Made by a program: the position numbers and the translations under genes. DNA of 64,000 nucleotides from Candidatus Hydrogenedentota bacterium (GTDB taxonomy: Bacteria > Hydrogenedentota > Hydrogenedentia > Hydrogenedentales > SLHB01), in the NCBI GenBank assembly GCA_045863295.1, contig BTWA01000013.1, positions 86,350-150,349 of the forward strand, in the 5' to 3' direction. Positions 29,733 through 42,030 of this stretch are shown here, in pieces. How positions within the stretch are numbered: position 1 is the first letter of the stretch; every line of letters begins with the position of its first letter. The notes beneath the pieces were generated by a model. That model ran no database searches. It saw only the letters and a program-made list of their open reading frames with translations, and was not told the DNA's origin.

Positions 29733-30764
29733 TCAATAACTGAACTTGCCCAACTCCACCTTGCCCCGAAAGGTCCAATAGATCACGGCGGTATACGCGA
29801 GAACAAACGGAATGCCGATGACCGCGAACAGCGTCATCAACCACAGCGTCTTTTCCGATGACGATGCGTTGAACACGGTAAGGTGATATTCCGGATCGAT
29901 GTTTGATACCAGCAGATTTGGAAACAAGGCCACGGCAAACAGGAAGTTGAACGCCGCTATGGTGCAGCAGGACGAAACGAAGGCGTATACCGGCCGCCCG
30001 TGAAACACGGCGCGTGGGATGTTTGCGATGGCGAGCACGTTGAGCCCAACCACAATCCATGCCCACGGATAGTGCGTGAAGTTGTACGTCGCCCTGGGCA
30101 CCGCCTGCAGCGTGTACATTGTCAGAAAGAGAAAGAGCACGAGAAACACGCCGAAGGCCCTCCAGATCCACGTATGCACGCGCTCCTGCAATTCACCTTC
30201 CAGCTTGAGATAAAGATAAATGCTGCCGTGAAGCGCAAACATGCTCACGACGAACAAGCCGCAGAGTATGGGATACGGGGTGAGCAACGACAGCAGCGGC
30301 GCGCTGAAGGAACGGGTTTCGTCAATGGGCAGGCCAATCATGATGTTGCCGACTGCAACGCCAAAGAGAAACGCGGCGGCGGCGCTCGCCGCGCAAAATG
30401 CCACGTCCCAACACGCGCGCCACGCCTTGAAATTGAACTTGCTGCGGAATTCCATCGACACCGCCCGGAAGATCAGCGCGAAGAGCAGCAGCATGAATGG
30501 CATATAAAAACCTGAAAACGCGCTCGCGTAGACATCCGGAAAGGCCGCGAACAGCGCGCCGCCAAAGGTGACCAGCCACACTTCGTTGCCATCCCACAAC
30601 GGTCCGATCGAGTTCATGAACAACCGCCGATCCGTGTCGGTGCGCGCAACGAAATGGAGAATGCCGACACCCAGATCGAAGCCATCCAGGATGGCATATC
30701 CGGTGAGCAAAATCCCGAGAAGGAAAAACCAAAGGACCTGAACAAATTCCAGATCGAACGTCAT
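29733..30764 (-). CDS. cydB: Cytochrome bd ubiquinol oxidase subunit II
   Basis: [29 protein letters not shown]; multi-TM. Confidence 0.95.
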   Translation of the reverse strand: MTFDLEFVQVLWFFLLGILLTGYAILDGFDLGVGILHFVARTDTDRRLFMNSIGPLWDGNEVWLVTFGGALFAAFPDVYASAFSGFYMPFMLLLFALIFRAVSMEFRSKFNFKAWRACWDVAFCAASAAAAFLFGVAVGNIMIGLPIDETRSFSAPLLSLLTPYPILCGLFVVSMFALHGSIYLYLKLEGELQERVHTWIWRAFGVFLVLFLFLTMYTLQAVPRATYNFTHYPWAWIVVGLNVLAIANIPRAVFHGRPVYAFVSSCCTIAAFNFLFAVALFPNLLVSNIDPEYHLTVFNASSSEKTLWLMTLFAVIGIPFVLAYTAVIYWTFRGKVELGKFSY

Positions 30765-32206
30765 GAGGGCCGACCTCCATCATCGCCATCCCGCGTCAAG
30801 GAGTGTCCCTTTGCACGGCCGAGCGATGCGGCCGCATCCAACAATTCGCCCGCGTGGGTGTGATCCGGTGGCTCGACGTGCGGCACGGGTCCCCTCTGAA
30901 TCTTGCTGTGGAGCACGGAAACCCAAACCGCGAAGAGCATCAGATAGACCACGGTAAACAGGAGTATCGACGCAAGTACCTGTTCCGCCACCACATTTTT
31001 TGACAAGGCGTCGGGTGTCTTCAGCAGACCCCAAACGATCCACGGTTGCCGCCCCACTTCGGCGGCCACCCACCCGGCCTGATTGGCCACGTAGGGGCCG
31101 ATGACCGAGAACACAAAGATCCACAAAAGCCATCGTTGGGTCCAGATCGTGCCTCGCCACACCGAAACCGCTCCGTACCCCAGCAGCGCCATGAAGTACA
31201 GGCCGAGCGCGACCATCAAGTGATAACTTTGAAAGGCAATGCTCACGGGCGGCCATTCGTCGCGAGGCACTTGATCGAGCCCAGGCACCGGTTTGGTGAA
31301 ACTGTCATGCACCAGAAAGCTCAGCATGCCCGGTATGGCGATTCCGAATTTCACCGTGCGCGCTTCCACGTCGGGCACGCCAAAAAGCCAAAGTGGAGCT
31401 CCGCCATCGCCGGTCTCGAAATGCCCTTCAAATGCGGCCAGCTTCGACGGCTGGTGTTCGGCCACCATGCGCGCTTGGGAGTGGCCGGAAATCGGGGCGG
31501 CAAACGCACACACCAATCCAACACACAGCGCCGGCACGAACATCTTCCGCGCGGCGTCTTCATGCCGGTTATGCAGCAAATACCACGCGCTGATGCTCAT
31601 GACAAAGAATGCGCCAAGCAGGCCACACCCAATCCACACATGAACCAGACGGTCGATGCTCGAAGGATTGAACACCATGGCCCAGAAATCGGTAATCTCG
31701 GCGCGCGCGTTCATTCCTTCACCCACGATGTGAAATCCGGCGGGGGTCTGCTGCCACGAATTGGCCACGGTAATCCACACCGAGGAAAACAGCGCGCCTG
31801 TGGCCACCATGCACGTGGAGAAAAAATGCATCTTCTTGCCGACCCGATCCCACCCGAACACCAGCACGGCCAGGAAGCCGGACTCCAGAAAGAACGCGAA
31901 GATGCCCTCAGCCGCCAATGCCGACCCGAACACGTCGCCGACAAAGCGGGAATACGTGGCCCAATTCGTCCCGAACTGAAACTCCATCACGATGCCGGTG
32001 GCAACTCCCATGGCGAATACCACGGCAAATAGCCCCGTGAGGAAGCGCGCGATGGATTCGTACTGCCGGTTGCCGGTTTTCAGGTAGAGGGCTTCGATGA
32101 TCACCATGATCCACCCCAAGCCGATCGACAGGGGCGGAAAGAGATAATGAAACATGATCGTCAACGCAAACTGCAGACGGGACAGAATAAGTACATCGAG
32201 TTCCAT
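30761..32206 (-). CDS. cydA: Cytochrome bd ubiquinol oxidase subunit I
   Basis: [45 protein letters not shown]; start at ATG 32206 after GGAG. Confidence 0.95.
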   Translation of the reverse strand: MELDVLILSRLQFALTIMFHYLFPPLSIGLGWIMVIIEALYLKTGNRQYESIARFLTGLFAVVFAMGVATGIVMEFQFGTNWATYSRFVGDVFGSALAAEGIFAFFLESGFLAVLVFGWDRVGKKMHFFSTCMVATGALFSSVWITVANSWQQTPAGFHIVGEGMNARAEITDFWAMVFNPSSIDRLVHVWIGCGLLGAFFVMSISAWYLLHNRHEDAARKMFVPALCVGLVCAFAAPISGHSQARMVAEHQPSKLAAFEGHFETGDGGAPLWLFGVPDVEARTVKFGIAIPGMLSFLVHDSFTKPVPGLDQVPRDEWPPVSIAFQSYHLMVALGLYFMALLGYGAVSVWRGTIWTQRWLLWIFVFSVIGPYVANQAGWVAAEVGRQPWIVWGLLKTPDALSKNVVAEQVLASILLFTVVYLMLFAVWVSVLHSKIQRGPVPHVEPPDHTHAGELLDAAASLGRAKGHSLTRDGDDGGRPS

Positions 32207-32331
32207 ACTGCATTCTCCCGATGACGTGACCGGCCTATGTGCGCCTTGCAGCGAATATGAGGAATTGCCGGAATACGAATCCAAGAGTAGACGCTTTGGC
32301 CACCGCGATCAACCAACAAATATCAATGTCG

Positions 32332-33945
32332 TTACGCGCCTTGGATGAACTTGTCGTGTCCTTTCCAGAGTTCGTTCCGCATCACGTATTTCTGAATCTT
32401 GCCCGTACTCGTCTTGGGAAGCGGACCAAATACAACGCGCGTCGGACATTTGTAATGGGCAATATGTTCGCGGCAGAACGCTATCAGCGTATCCTGATCC
32501 AGCGACTGACCCTCCTTTAGCGTAACGAATGCAACCGGGGTCTCGCCCCATTTTTCGTGGGGCGCGCCTACGACTGCGCACTCCAGCACGGCGGGATTCC
32601 GGTAAATTGTTTGCTCTACTTCGATGGAGGATACATTCTCGCCGCCGGTAATGATGATGTCCTTCTTGCGATCACGCAACTCAATGTACCCATCGGGATG
32701 CATGACGGCTATGTCGCCGCTGTGAAACCAACCTCCGCGAAATGCTTCTGCGGTCGCTTCCGGCTCGTTGTAATAGCCTTTCATGACCATGTTGCCACGC
32801 ATGACCACCTCGCCCTGCGTCTCCGCATCGGCGGGCACATCGATCATGTTCTCGTCCACCACGCGCAACCCGTCCGCCGTGATGTAGCCAACACCCTGCC
32901 GCGCCATCAGCCGCGCGCGATCATCGGCGAACAATTCCTTCCAATGGGGTTGGTGCGCGGAGATGGTGTAGGGACCATAGGTTTCCGTCAGGCCATAGAT
33001 GTGATGCACCTTGGCGCCCAACTCCGCCAAGTGACCAATAAGCGTGGGGGAGGGAGGTGCGCCCGCCGTGGTGACGGTCAAGGGATGCTTCAGCTTGCGC
33101 GGGCGGTTCGCATCGTTCAACAGTGAAATCATCACTACCGGAGCGCCATTTACATGAGTGACTTTTTCTTCCTCCAACAACCGCCACACGACCGGCGGAT
33201 CCACGCGCCTCAGACAGACGTGTCTTCCACCCGCCGCTGTCACGGCCCAGGTAAAGCACCAGCCATTGCAGTGAAACATCGGCAGCGTCCACAAAAAGAC
33301 CGACTCCGCGGTCAATCCCATTTCCAGGCACTCGCCCAACGCGTTGATGTAGGCGCCTCGATGATGAAACATCACCCCTTTGGGCCGGCCCGTCGTGCCG
33401 CTGGTGTAGTTGATGGAGATAGTCTCCATCTCATCGTTCAAGACCCACGGCACGGACGCAGGCGATCCCGATTCCAGGAATGCGTCGAAATCCATCCCGG
33501 GCAACGGTTGGTGGCCGCTGACATCGTGAATGTTGATGATGTGCTTGACGGTTGTGAGATTCGCACGAACGGGCTCGATAAGTTTGGCCAGTTCTGTGTC
33601 GACAAACAGAAATGACGAACCCGAATGGTTGAGAATGTACTCGATTTCCTCCGAACTTAACCGCGTATTCACCGCCACCAATACGCCGCCCGCCAGCGGC
33701 ACCGCAAAATGGGCTTCGAGCATGGGGGGAATGTTGGGGCTTAAGTAAGCCACGCGATCGCCGGGTTGAAGGCCGAGCGCGCGCAAGGCCGAGGCTTGCC
33801 TGTTTATCCGTTCCGCGAACTCGGTGTAGGTGAAGCGCTGGTCGCCATGTACCACCGCCACCTTGTCCCGATACGTCCACGCGCTGCGCGCCAGCAAGGT
33901 CAGTGGCGTCAAGTGGACTCGGCATACCGCAAACGGATCAAGCAT
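32332..33945 (-). CDS. AMP-binding acyl-CoA synthetase
   Basis: YTSGTTGRPKG, LPMFHCNGW, YGLTETYG, GWFHSGD, LPKTSTGKIQK; start at ATG 33945. Confidence 0.92.
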   Translation of the reverse strand: MLDPFAVCRVHLTPLTLLARSAWTYRDKVAVVHGDQRFTYTEFAERINRQASALRALGLQPGDRVAYLSPNIPPMLEAHFAVPLAGGVLVAVNTRLSSEEIEYILNHSGSSFLFVDTELAKLIEPVRANLTTVKHIINIHDVSGHQPLPGMDFDAFLESGSPASVPWVLNDEMETISINYTSGTTGRPKGVMFHHRGAYINALGECLEMGLTAESVFLWTLPMFHCNGWCFTWAVTAAGGRHVCLRRVDPPVVWRLLEEEKVTHVNGAPVVMISLLNDANRPRKLKHPLTVTTAGAPPSPTLIGHLAELGAKVHHIYGLTETYGPYTISAHQPHWKELFADDRARLMARQGVGYITADGLRVVDENMIDVPADAETQGEVVMRGNMVMKGYYNEPEATAEAFRGGWFHSGDIAVMHPDGYIELRDRKKDIIITGGENVSSIEVEQTIYRNPAVLECAVVGAPHEKWGETPVAFVTLKEGQSLDQDTLIAFCREHIAHYKCPTRVVFGPLPKTSTGKIQKYVMRNELWKGHDKFIQGA

Positions 33946-34071
33946 GCAACTCCCCCCGCGCCCAATACCGCGGCGCTGACATCGGTTGAATATAGTGTCG
34001 CCCAGGATGGGCACACTCTAATCAATGGGGAGGGACCGGGGCAATTCCGCGTTGCCGTGGCGGCGAAGCCG

Positions 34072-35544
34072 CTACCGTTCGGAGATTCGCCCGATAATCG
34101 ACGTCGTGGACTTGCCCTCCACGCCGGGGATGATGGCAATCTTGCCGCCATACCCCTCGACCAGGCGGCGCTCTTCCTGCACCACCGTGTCGAGCGTATA
34201 GTCGCCGCCCTTGGCGTAGAAGTCGGGTTGCAGTGCCTTCAGGTACTCCATCGGCGTGGGATCGCCAAAGACCGTTACAATGGAAACGCAGTCCAGAGCG
34301 GCAAGCACAAAGGCGCGTTCGTCCTCCGGGATAATGGGACGTCCTTCGCCTTTGATGGATCGCACGGAAACATCGCTGTTCATGCCCACGATGAGCACAT
34401 CCCCGAGTTCGGCCGCGCGCTGCAGATAGGTAATGTGCCCCACGTGGAGGATGTCGAAACAGCCGTTGGTCCAGACGATCTTTTTGCCTTCCTTGCGCAA
34501 TCGATCGACCGCTGTCTTGACCTGCTCCAGGGTCTGAACTTTGGTGGGACGGTCTTTGCGCTCAAAGGCCGTGAGGAGTTCCTCCGCCGATACAGTGACC
34601 ACGCCGGGCTTTTGCACAGCCACGCCCGCGGCATAGTTGGCTACGAGCGCTGCTTCCCGCAATGTGCCGCCCGCAAGCCGCGTCAGGGTAATGGCGGCGG
34701 TGGCGGTATCACCCGCGCCGGTGACGTCGCGCACGTCGCGCGGCGCGACGGTGGCGGCTACCACGTCCAAGGGCGCATCCTTGGTAAAGATGGAGATTCC
34801 TTTTTCGCCGCAGGTGACCATGGCACATGCCGCGACTTCGAGCAATGCTTTGCCCGCCTGCTGCAGCGAGGCATCATCCTTGACGGAAATGCCGGTGCCA
34901 ATACCGGCCTCTCGGTCGTTCGGCACAACGATGTCGAAGCCCTTGAGCTTGCCAGCGCGCGCACGGGAGTCGCCCACGGTAAGGAGTTTATGTTTCTTTG
35001 CCGCGGCCACAATCTCGGATAGCACCCGTTCTGTGCAGACCGAAGAAACCTGATCGACAACCACGATCGCATCCACTTGGGCGGCAAGCGTGTGAATGTT
35101 CGCGATGATCTCGTCTTCCACCGCGCCGCTGACAAATACGGGCGACGGCGTGTCGGTGCGCAGGATTTCCTGTGCCGGTATGTTGTGTCCGCCCGCGCGC
35201 AGTTTGCCATAGGTGTTGGTGGCCCGACCGGGGTTGGTGACGATGTGCGATGTGTCCACGTGTCGCACGTGAAATTCGTGCTTCACAATACCGGCATTCA
35301 CATCGTCGCCCACATAACCGATCATGTAGGTCTTGGCGCCGAGCGAAGCCACATTACAGGCCGCATTGCCCGCCGCGCCCGGGTTGTAGCGTCGTTGATG
35401 CACTTCATAGATCGGAATCGGAGCCTCAAGACTAATGCCCGTCATGACACCGTCCACGTACTCATCGAGATAGATGTCGCCCACAACAAGCACTCGGGCC
35501 TTCTTGAACTGCTCCACAAACCCACGAAATTGCGCTGCGTCCAT
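34072..35544 (-). CDS. hldE: Bifunctional heptose-7-phosphate kinase / heptose-1-phosphate adenylyltransferase
   Basis: VVGDIYLDEY, EAPIP, DVTGAGDT (PfkB kinase) plus TNGCFDILHVGH, KGGDY, STTSII (transferase). Confidence 0.88.
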   Translation of the reverse strand: MDAAQFRGFVEQFKKARVLVVGDIYLDEYVDGVMTGISLEAPIPIYEVHQRRYNPGAAGNAACNVASLGAKTYMIGYVGDDVNAGIVKHEFHVRHVDTSHIVTNPGRATNTYGKLRAGGHNIPAQEILRTDTPSPVFVSGAVEDEIIANIHTLAAQVDAIVVVDQVSSVCTERVLSEIVAAAKKHKLLTVGDSRARAGKLKGFDIVVPNDREAGIGTGISVKDDASLQQAGKALLEVAACAMVTCGEKGISIFTKDAPLDVVAATVAPRDVRDVTGAGDTATAAITLTRLAGGTLREAALVANYAAGVAVQKPGVVTVSAEELLTAFERKDRPTKVQTLEQVKTAVDRLRKEGKKIVWTNGCFDILHVGHITYLQRAAELGDVLIVGMNSDVSVRSIKGEGRPIIPEDERAFVLAALDCVSIVTVFGDPTPMEYLKALQPDFYAKGGDYTLDTVVQEERRLVEGYGGKIAIIPGVEGKSTTSIIGRISER

Positions 35545-35650
35545 GACTCTCTTTCCCGATGCCCCCGCGGCCAAACACCGCCCTGTACAGGAGGATATTG
35601 CGTTTCTGTCGACACTCCGTCACTACACTACACGAAAGGCCTCGCGATGC

Positions 35651-36796
35651 TCAGCTTCCCCCGCCAAGAGCGCGTTTCAGCTTCTCCATGAAGCCTTCTT
35701 TCAACGGATAGGTTTTTTCGTTGCTCAATTCCTGAAAGCGCTCAATCAGTTCCCGCTGTTCGCGCGAGATTTTTGTGGGCGTTTCCACCTGGATTCGCAC
35801 GATCTGATCGCCTTTGTGGTATCCCCGCAAATCGCGAATTCCCATATTACGCAGCCGGAACAACGTGCCGGACTGGGTGCCCGCGGGAACTTTGAGTTCG
35901 GCATCGCCGATAAGCGTAGGCACGCGAATGGTATCGCCCAAAATGGCCTGAGCAAAGCTGACGGGCACGTCGCACATGACGTCGTTGCCTTCGCGCGCGA
36001 ATATTTCATCCTGCTCTACTTCAACAAAAATGTACAAGTCGCCGCGCGGTCCGCCGTGATCTCCGGGTTCGCCTTCGCCCGAAAGTCGCAGGCGCGATCC
36101 CGTGTCCACGCCGGCCGGCAAATCAACCGAAAGTTCGCGTTCCACCCGTGTGCGTCCGGAAGCCGAGCATTTCGGGCAGGGCTTGGAAATCAGCGTGCCG
36201 GCGCCCCGGCACTTCGGACAGGTTTGCGTGACGCTGAAAAAACCCTGAGCCCGGCGTACCTGGCCCGCACCGCCGCACTCCGGGCATGGCTCCGCCTTCG
36301 CTCCCGCGGCAGCGCCGGACCCGCGGCAATCGGAACAAATCTCGTGGCGATTGAAACGGACCGTCTTCTTGGCGCCTTTCGCGGCTTCACGCAACGTCAG
36401 GCGAACGCGCATCTCAAGGTCATTGCCCGGCCGCGGACGCGCTCCGCGGCCGCGGCCTCCCCCTTGACCGCCCCGGCCGAACAGCATGTCAAACAAGTCG
36501 TCGAACTGCTCGAACCCGCCTGCTTGCCCGCCGCCGAATCCGCCAAAGCCGCCGCCCGCGCCGCCGAATTGGTCGCCCATGTGGCCGAACTGATCGTACT
36601 TGGCGCGCTTGTCGGAATTCTTGAGCACGTCGTACGCCTCGTTGATCTCCTTCAGCTTCTCCTCGGCGGCCTTGTCGCCACCCGTTTTATCGGGGTGGTA
36701 TTTGTGGGCCAGCTTAAGATATGCCTTCCGGATTTCGTCGGTCGAGGCGTCTCGCTTCACGCCGAGTATGTCATAGAAATCGCGTTTGGAGGCCAT
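35651..36796 (-). CDS. dnaJ: Chaperone DnaJ
   Basis: J-domain HPD, G/F-rich linker, four CxxCxGxG-type repeats. Confidence 0.97.
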   Translation of the reverse strand: MASKRDFYDILGVKRDASTDEIRKAYLKLAHKYHPDKTGGDKAAEEKLKEINEAYDVLKNSDKRAKYDQFGHMGDQFGGAGGGFGGFGGGQAGGFEQFDDLFDMLFGRGGQGGGRGRGARPRPGNDLEMRVRLTLREAAKGAKKTVRFNRHEICSDCRGSGAAAGAKAEPCPECGGAGQVRRAQGFFSVTQTCPKCRGAGTLISKPCPKCSASGRTRVERELSVDLPAGVDTGSRLRLSGEGEPGDHGGPRGDLYIFVEVEQDEIFAREGNDVMCDVPVSFAQAILGDTIRVPTLIGDAELKVPAGTQSGTLFRLRNMGIRDLRGYHKGDQIVRIQVETPTKISREQRELIERFQELSNEKTYPLKEGFMEKLKRALGGGS

Positions 36797-36834
36797 GGGT
36801 CAGCGTGTCTTCCCCTGCCGATCAGTGGCCGGCA

Positions 36835-38757
36835 TCAGTTGTTCTTCTTCTCGTCGTCGACCACTTTGAACTCGGCATCCACCGTGCCTTCGTCATCAGG
36901 CGTCGGAGTGGCCGTATGCGCCTCGGCCCCATCGCCCGCCGCTTCCGCACCCGGCGTCACGCCCGCCTTGTACAGCGCTTCGGCTATCCGATGGCTGACG
37001 GCCGTCAACTCCTGCATGGCGTTTTCGATGGCCTGCGTGTCTTCTCCGCCAAGCGCTTCACGCACTTTCGCGATGGCGGCCTCTGCCGCCGTTTTGTCAG
37101 CCGCATCAATCTTGTCGCCGTTTTCCTTGATGGTCTTTTCCGTCGAGTAGATGAAGGCATCCGCGTTGTTCTGCAGTTCGATGCGCTTCTTCCGATCTTG
37201 GTCTTCTTGCGCGTGCGCTTCCGCGTCTTTCACCATCCGCTGTATCTCGTCCTCGGACAAGCCGCTGGACGATTCAATGCGGATCTTCTGTTCTTTTCCG
37301 GTCGCCAGATCCTTGGCCGACACATGCACGATGCCATTGGCGTCGATGTCGAATGTCACCTCAATCTGGGGCATGCCGCGCGGCGCGGCAGGAAGACCAA
37401 CCAAGTCAAACTTGCCCAGTGTGCGGTTGTCGCGCGCAAGTTCACGCTCGCCTTGCAACACATGAATGGTTACCGCGGGCTGGTTGTCCGACGCCGTCGA
37501 AAAGATTTGCCGCTTGGTCACGGGAATGGTTGTATTGCGCTCGATCAGCTTGGTGCAAATGCCGCCCAACGTCTCGATTCCAAGCGACAGGGGCGTCACG
37601 TCGAGCAGGAGAACGTCCTTCACCTCGCCCGCCAGAACGCCGGCCTGAATGGCCGCGCCCACAGCGACCACCTCGTCCGGGTTTACGCCGCGATGGGGCT
37701 CGCGCTGAAAGATCGTCTTAACCAACTGTCCCACGGCGGGCATGCGCGTCATGCCACCGACCAGAATGACCTCGTCGATATCTTTCGGGTCGAGTTTCGC
37801 ATCTTCCAGTGCGCGGAAACACGGGCGTTTCGTGCGCTGCAAAAGATCATCGCACAGTTGCTCGAACTTCGCGCGGGTCAGCGTGTAATTCAGATGCTTG
37901 GGTCCCGATGCGTCCGCCGTGATGAAAGGCAGATTCAGATCCGTTTGCATCGTGCTCGACAATTCGCACTTGCCTTTTTCAGCCGCTTCTTTCAGCCGCT
38001 GCAGCGCCATCGGATCCTTGCGCAAATCGATGCCTTGATCCCGGAGAAACTCCTCCGCCATCCAGTCGATGACACGTTGATCGAAATCGTCGCCCCCGAG
38101 ATGCGTGTCGCCACTGGTGCTCAGCACTTCAAAGCTGTCGTCGCCAATCGCGAGTATCGAAACATCGAAGGTGCCGCCGCCAAGGTCATACACCGCGACC
38201 TTCTGGTCCTTCTTCTTGTCCAAACCATATGCGAGCGCGGCCGCCGTCGGTTCGTTGATGATGCGAAGTACTTCCAGTCCAGCGATACGGCCTGCGTCTT
38301 TCGTGGCCTGCCGCTGAGCGTCGTTGAAATACGCGGGCACCGTAATCACGGCCTTCGTCACCGTCTGGCCCAAATACGACTCCGCCGTTTCCTTCATCTT
38401 CTGCAGGATATGCGCGGAAATCTCCGGCGGACGGTAGTGCTTGCCCATCACATCCACCTGGCAATCGCCTGTATCGCTCTTTGAAACCTTGTACGGCACG
38501 ATCCGTTCTTCTTCGTGGACTTCATCGTACCGTCGGCCCATGAACCGCTTAATCGAGAAAATCGTGTTGTGCGGATTGGTGATGGCCTGACGCTTCGCAA
38601 CCGCGCCAACCAGCCGTTCGCCGTCTTTGGTAAAGGCCACCACCGACGGCGTAGTGCGCGCGCCTTCCGCGTTCGGAATGACCTGAGGCTCGCCCCCTTC
38701 CATTACCGCCACGCACGAATTCGTTGTCCCCAAGTCAATCCCAACCACCTTGCTCAT
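36835..38757 (-). CDS. dnaK: Chaperone DnaK
   Basis: [32 protein letters not shown]. Confidence 0.99.
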   Translation of the reverse strand: MSKVVGIDLGTTNSCVAVMEGGEPQVIPNAEGARTTPSVVAFTKDGERLVGAVAKRQAITNPHNTIFSIKRFMGRRYDEVHEEERIVPYKVSKSDTGDCQVDVMGKHYRPPEISAHILQKMKETAESYLGQTVTKAVITVPAYFNDAQRQATKDAGRIAGLEVLRIINEPTAAALAYGLDKKKDQKVAVYDLGGGTFDVSILAIGDDSFEVLSTSGDTHLGGDDFDQRVIDWMAEEFLRDQGIDLRKDPMALQRLKEAAEKGKCELSSTMQTDLNLPFITADASGPKHLNYTLTRAKFEQLCDDLLQRTKRPCFRALEDAKLDPKDIDEVILVGGMTRMPAVGQLVKTIFQREPHRGVNPDEVVAVGAAIQAGVLAGEVKDVLLLDVTPLSLGIETLGGICTKLIERNTTIPVTKRQIFSTASDNQPAVTIHVLQGERELARDNRTLGKFDLVGLPAAPRGMPQIEVTFDIDANGIVHVSAKDLATGKEQKIRIESSSGLSEDEIQRMVKDAEAHAQEDQDRKKRIELQNNADAFIYSTEKTIKENGDKIDAADKTAAEAAIAKVREALGGEDTQAIENAMQELTAVSHRIAEALYKAGVTPGAEAAGDGAEAHTATPTPDDEGTVDAEFKVVDDEKKNN

Positions 38758-38780
38758 TCAGCAAGCCTCCCTTGCATGCG

Positions 38781-39449
38781 TCATGCGGTCCCGTCGGAAC
38801 CGGCATTCCGTCGCGCTTCATCTGTTTGTTGTGTCTGTTCCGTGGCTGCACCGTTTTGCAGCGAGGGGCCGGTGCTGACCACCACGCGGGCGGGCCGGAG
38901 CACAAGTTCCCCCATGCGAAACCCGCGCTGAAATTCCTGCAGCACATTGCCGGCGGGCACATCGTCCGATGCCTGTTGCATGACGGCGTCGTGTACGGCC
39001 GGATCGAACGGCGCACCGTCCGTGGGAATGGACTCAAGGCCGTGCCGCATCAGCACGCCCATGAAATTCTTGAACACCATCTCCACGCCTTCCACCACCG
39101 CGCTGGACGTGTCGTCCTTGTGCTTCAGCGCCAAATCGAGATTGTCCACAACGGGCAGCAAATCCGCAATCAACGATTCGGCCGCGGTCTTCCGGATTCG
39201 CTCCGTCTCGCGCAACATCCGCTTGCGGTAGTTGTCGAAATCGGCCCGCAGCCGAAGTAACTGATCATGCAGCGTGTCGCGTTCCGACAGAATGGCCGCC
39301 ATCTCCGCCTCAATGGCCTCGGCCTCGGCCTCCACGGGCAATTCTTCACCCGCGGCGTCGGCGTTCATGGCGACCGCCTGTTCCGCGGCGGCTTCGGCCT
39401 CCAAACGCTCTTCAAGTGCCGTCTTCTCTGGTTTCGATCCCTTGCTCAT
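38781..39449 (-). CDS. grpE: Nucleotide exchange factor GrpE
   Basis: LRADFDNYRKR, LLPVVDNL, FDPAVHDA, LRPARVVV; operon position. Confidence 0.95.
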   Translation of the reverse strand: MSKGSKPEKTALEERLEAEAAAEQAVAMNADAAGEELPVEAEAEAIEAEMAAILSERDTLHDQLLRLRADFDNYRKRMLRETERIRKTAAESLIADLLPVVDNLDLALKHKDDTSSAVVEGVEMVFKNFMGVLMRHGLESIPTDGAPFDPAVHDAVMQQASDDVPAGNVLQEFQRGFRMGELVLRPARVVVSTGPSLQNGAATEQTQQTDEARRNAGSDGTA

Positions 39450-39542
39450 GGCTCCACCGTTCAGTTACCGCTCAAAACGGAATTGAAGTAATCGTCAATG
39501 ATTTCAGTGCTTCGGATTATTCGCGCCGGCCGGGTGGGCGTA

Positions 39543-40598
39543 TCACGTGGCAAGCCTTGTCAACAGGCGGCTCAGCAGGTTCGAAGTATACTCCACCACG
39601 GCGGTGATTTTCGAATAATGCATCCGTTTCGGACCCAACACGCCAATCATGCCCACCGTCTTATCCGCAACGGCATACGGCGCGGCCACCAGACTGATCT
39701 CTTCCAATTCCGGCGCGTGGCTTTCGTGGCCAATGATGACCGCCGCCTTCGCCGATCCTCTGTCGCGCAATTGCGCACGAAGGAACTCAGACAACCGCTC
39801 CCGCTGATCAAGCATCGAAAACACCGCCTGCGCCCGCGTCACATCCTGAAACTCCGGATGCTCAAACAATTGAGACACGCCGTCCATATACAGCAAAGCG
39901 CTCCGGCTGGGCGGCATCATGGTGAACAGCGACAACGCCTGCTCCGCGAGCCGGTGCTGCTCATCCACAAATATACGAAGCCGGGAATGAATCGCCGGCA
40001 CAATATTCTCCATCCGCACACCGCGAAAATTCTCGTTCAAAAACCGAGAGAGCCGCATCAACTCGTCCCGATCCAGCGGCTGGTCAAACCCAACCGTGGC
40101 CGTGTGCACCCGGCCCATGCTGTCCGCGATCATGACCGCTACCCGGTGCGAACTGACCTGCATCAGTTCGATGAAGTTCACCTGCGCATCGCTCTCGTTC
40201 GGCACATTCACAATGCCCGTATGATGCGAAACCAGCGCCAGAAGATGGCTTGTCTGCCGCAATGCCTCGTCCGCATCATGCAGCTTAACGGTCAGATCCC
40301 GCTCAATATGGGCTCGCTCAGCCAGCGTCAATTCCTGGACCTGCATCAGACAGTCCACAAAATACCGGTAGCCTTTGTCCGTGGGTACCCGGCCAGAACT
40401 TGTGTGGACCTGCTGGATGTACCCGTCTTCCTCCAGGTCCGCCATCACATTGCGTACAGTGGCGGGGCTGAATTCCAAACCGTACCGCTTTACAATGGTC
40501 CTCGAACCCACCGGTTCCGCCGAGGTGATGTACGTGTGCACCACCGCGTGAAGGATGAGTTCTTCGCGTTCATTCAACCGTTTTGACGACGTATCCAT
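39543..40598 (-). CDS. hrcA: Heat-inducible transcription repressor HrcA
   Basis: EPVGS, SPATVRNVMADLEE, HTSSGRVPTDKGYRYFVD, GVLGPKRMHY; alternative GTG start at 40604. Confidence 0.96.
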   Translation of the reverse strand: MDTSSKRLNEREELILHAVVHTYITSAEPVGSRTIVKRYGLEFSPATVRNVMADLEEDGYIQQVHTSSGRVPTDKGYRYFVDCLMQVQELTLAERAHIERDLTVKLHDADEALRQTSHLLALVSHHTGIVNVPNESDAQVNFIELMQVSSHRVAVMIADSMGRVHTATVGFDQPLDRDELMRLSRFLNENFRGVRMENIVPAIHSRLRIFVDEQHRLAEQALSLFTMMPPSRSALLYMDGVSQLFEHPEFQDVTRAQAVFSMLDQRERLSEFLRAQLRDRGSAKAAVIIGHESHAPELEEISLVAAPYAVADKTVGMIGVLGPKRMHYSKITAVVEYTSNLLSRLLTRLAT

Positions 40599-40605
40599 CG
40601 ACACC

Positions 40606-40632
40606 TTGGCACTCGAAAGTTTAGAGTGCTAA
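40606..40632 (-). promoter_or_regulatory. CIRCE element (HrcA operator)
   Basis: Minus strand TTAGCACTC-N9-GAGTGCCAA (one mismatch to consensus) immediately before hrcA. Confidence 0.95.
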
Positions 40633-40642
40633 CAACCGCGCG

Positions 40643-40671
40643 AGTGTACCATAGACCCCCAAGGGTGTCAA
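40643..40671 (-). promoter_or_regulatory. Sigma70 promoter of the hrcA-dnaK operon
   Basis: Minus strand TTGACA-N17-TACACT with extended -10 TG, 10 nt upstream of CIRCE. Confidence 0.85.
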
Positions 40672-40911
40672 GAAAACGCAATCCCGGAAGCACATACCAA
40701 ATGGCAAGGTAATTCCATGGCACTCAACTGGTTACGAAATCAAACCCGCCCCTGTTTCGTTCACGAAAGATTCCCTCGTGCTTGCCCACACCTCCACATG
40801 CATTTCCCCAATCCAGGTTGATTGCACCGTAAATTACTGGAAAACAATAGGTTAGCTTGGAAAGACTCGCTGGAATCCCTCGTTCCAAAACCGGTATAAA
40901 TCCCTGTGACT

Positions 40912-42030
40912 ATGCGACTCGGATACGATATAGGCCCCCTTACCGCACACCGCACCGGGGTCGGCAACTATACCCGCTCCCTGCTGAAGCACCTGCTGTC
41001 GATGGAGCAGAGCCTGGAAATCAGTGCGCTCGGTGTGACGGCTCGCCCCCTCGACCTCGAAGGGCTGCATGGTCTGAGTTCAGTTCGGCATCTGAAGGTG
41101 CCCGCGCGTGCAATGTATGCGTGCTGGAATGCCACCGGCTATCCGAAGGCGGATCGCCTGTTGCAAGGCGTGGATGTATACCATGCCACCAACTTTTTTC
41201 TTCCTCCAGTACACCGCGCCCGACGTGTGCTTAGCATTTACGACCTCGCGTTTTTGGTGATGCCGGAAACCGGCAGCCCCCGAGTGGTCGGCCCGTTTTC
41301 GCGCCATATCCGGAAGTTCGCACGGGAAGCGGATGCCATTCTTGCTTGTTCCGAGGCCACCAAACAGGACATCGTGGAACGGCTGGATGTCTCGCCCGGC
41401 AAAATCCGCGTGGCGTACGGCGCTGTAGACGAATCCCTGAGGCCAATGCCAACACCAGCAGCGAAACTGCGGTTGCAACAGACGTACGGTATCTCCGATC
41501 CCTTTATCTTATTTACAGGCACGTTGGAACCACGCAAGAATCTCCCCATGCTGTTGAAGGCGTTTGCGAGAATCCAACGGCGAATTCCCCATCGGCTGGT
41601 GTTGGCCGGCGGGCTCGGGTGGAACATGGATGGACTGGCATCGGAATGCGCCGCACTGGGGATCGCGGATCGAGTGCAATTACCCGGATACGTGCCCGGC
41701 TCCGACTTGGCGGCACTCTATTCGGCGGCTGACGTGTTTGTATTGCCCAGCCGCTACGAAGGATTTGGATTGCCGCTTCTGGAAGCTATGGCGTGCGGAT
41801 GTCCTGTCGTCAGTTGCCGCAATTCATCCATACCGGAAGTGGTGGGTGATGCCGGTTTGCTTTGCGAAACCGGCGATGACGAAGCGATGGCGGAAGCTAT
41901 ACTCAGCGTGGTCGAAGATCCGCATGCGCGTTCCCAGTGGACAAACCTGGGCGCGGAGAGGGCGCGACATTTTACCTGGCGGCGCTGTGCGGAAATTGCG
42001 CTGCAGACGTACAAGGATGTTTCGGTGTGA
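40912..42030 (+). CDS. GT4 glycosyltransferase
   Basis: TGVGNY, GTLEPRKN, PSRYEGFGLPLLEAMACG. Confidence 0.92.
   Translation: MRLGYDIGPLTAHRTGVGNYTRSLLKHLLSMEQSLEISALGVTARPLDLEGLHGLSSVRHLKVPARAMYACWNATGYPKADRLLQGVDVYHATNFFLPPVHRARRVLSIYDLAFLVMPETGSPRVVGPFSRHIRKFAREADAILACSEATKQDIVERLDVSPGKIRVAYGAVDESLRPMPTPAAKLRLQQTYGISDPFILFTGTLEPRKNLPMLLKAFARIQRRIPHRLVLAGGLGWNMDGLASECAALGIADRVQLPGYVPGSDLAALYSAADVFVLPSRYEGFGLPLLEAMACGCPVVSCRNSSIPEVVGDAGLLCETGDDEAMAEAILSVVEDPHARSQWTNLGAERARHFTWRRCAEIALQTYKDVSV

Noticed and set aside
33766..35022. 418-aa plus-strand ORF and other antisense ORFs over recognised genes
   Set aside because: Almost entirely overlap confidently identified opposite-strand genes (hldE etc.) and lack motifs
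35474..40586. Long plus-strand ORFs antisense to dnaJ, dnaK and hrcA (558, 587 and 362 aa)
   Set aside because: Mirror-frame ORFs produced by codon bias in GC-rich genes; the dnaK antisense ORF is a well-known annotation artefact; no motifs recognised
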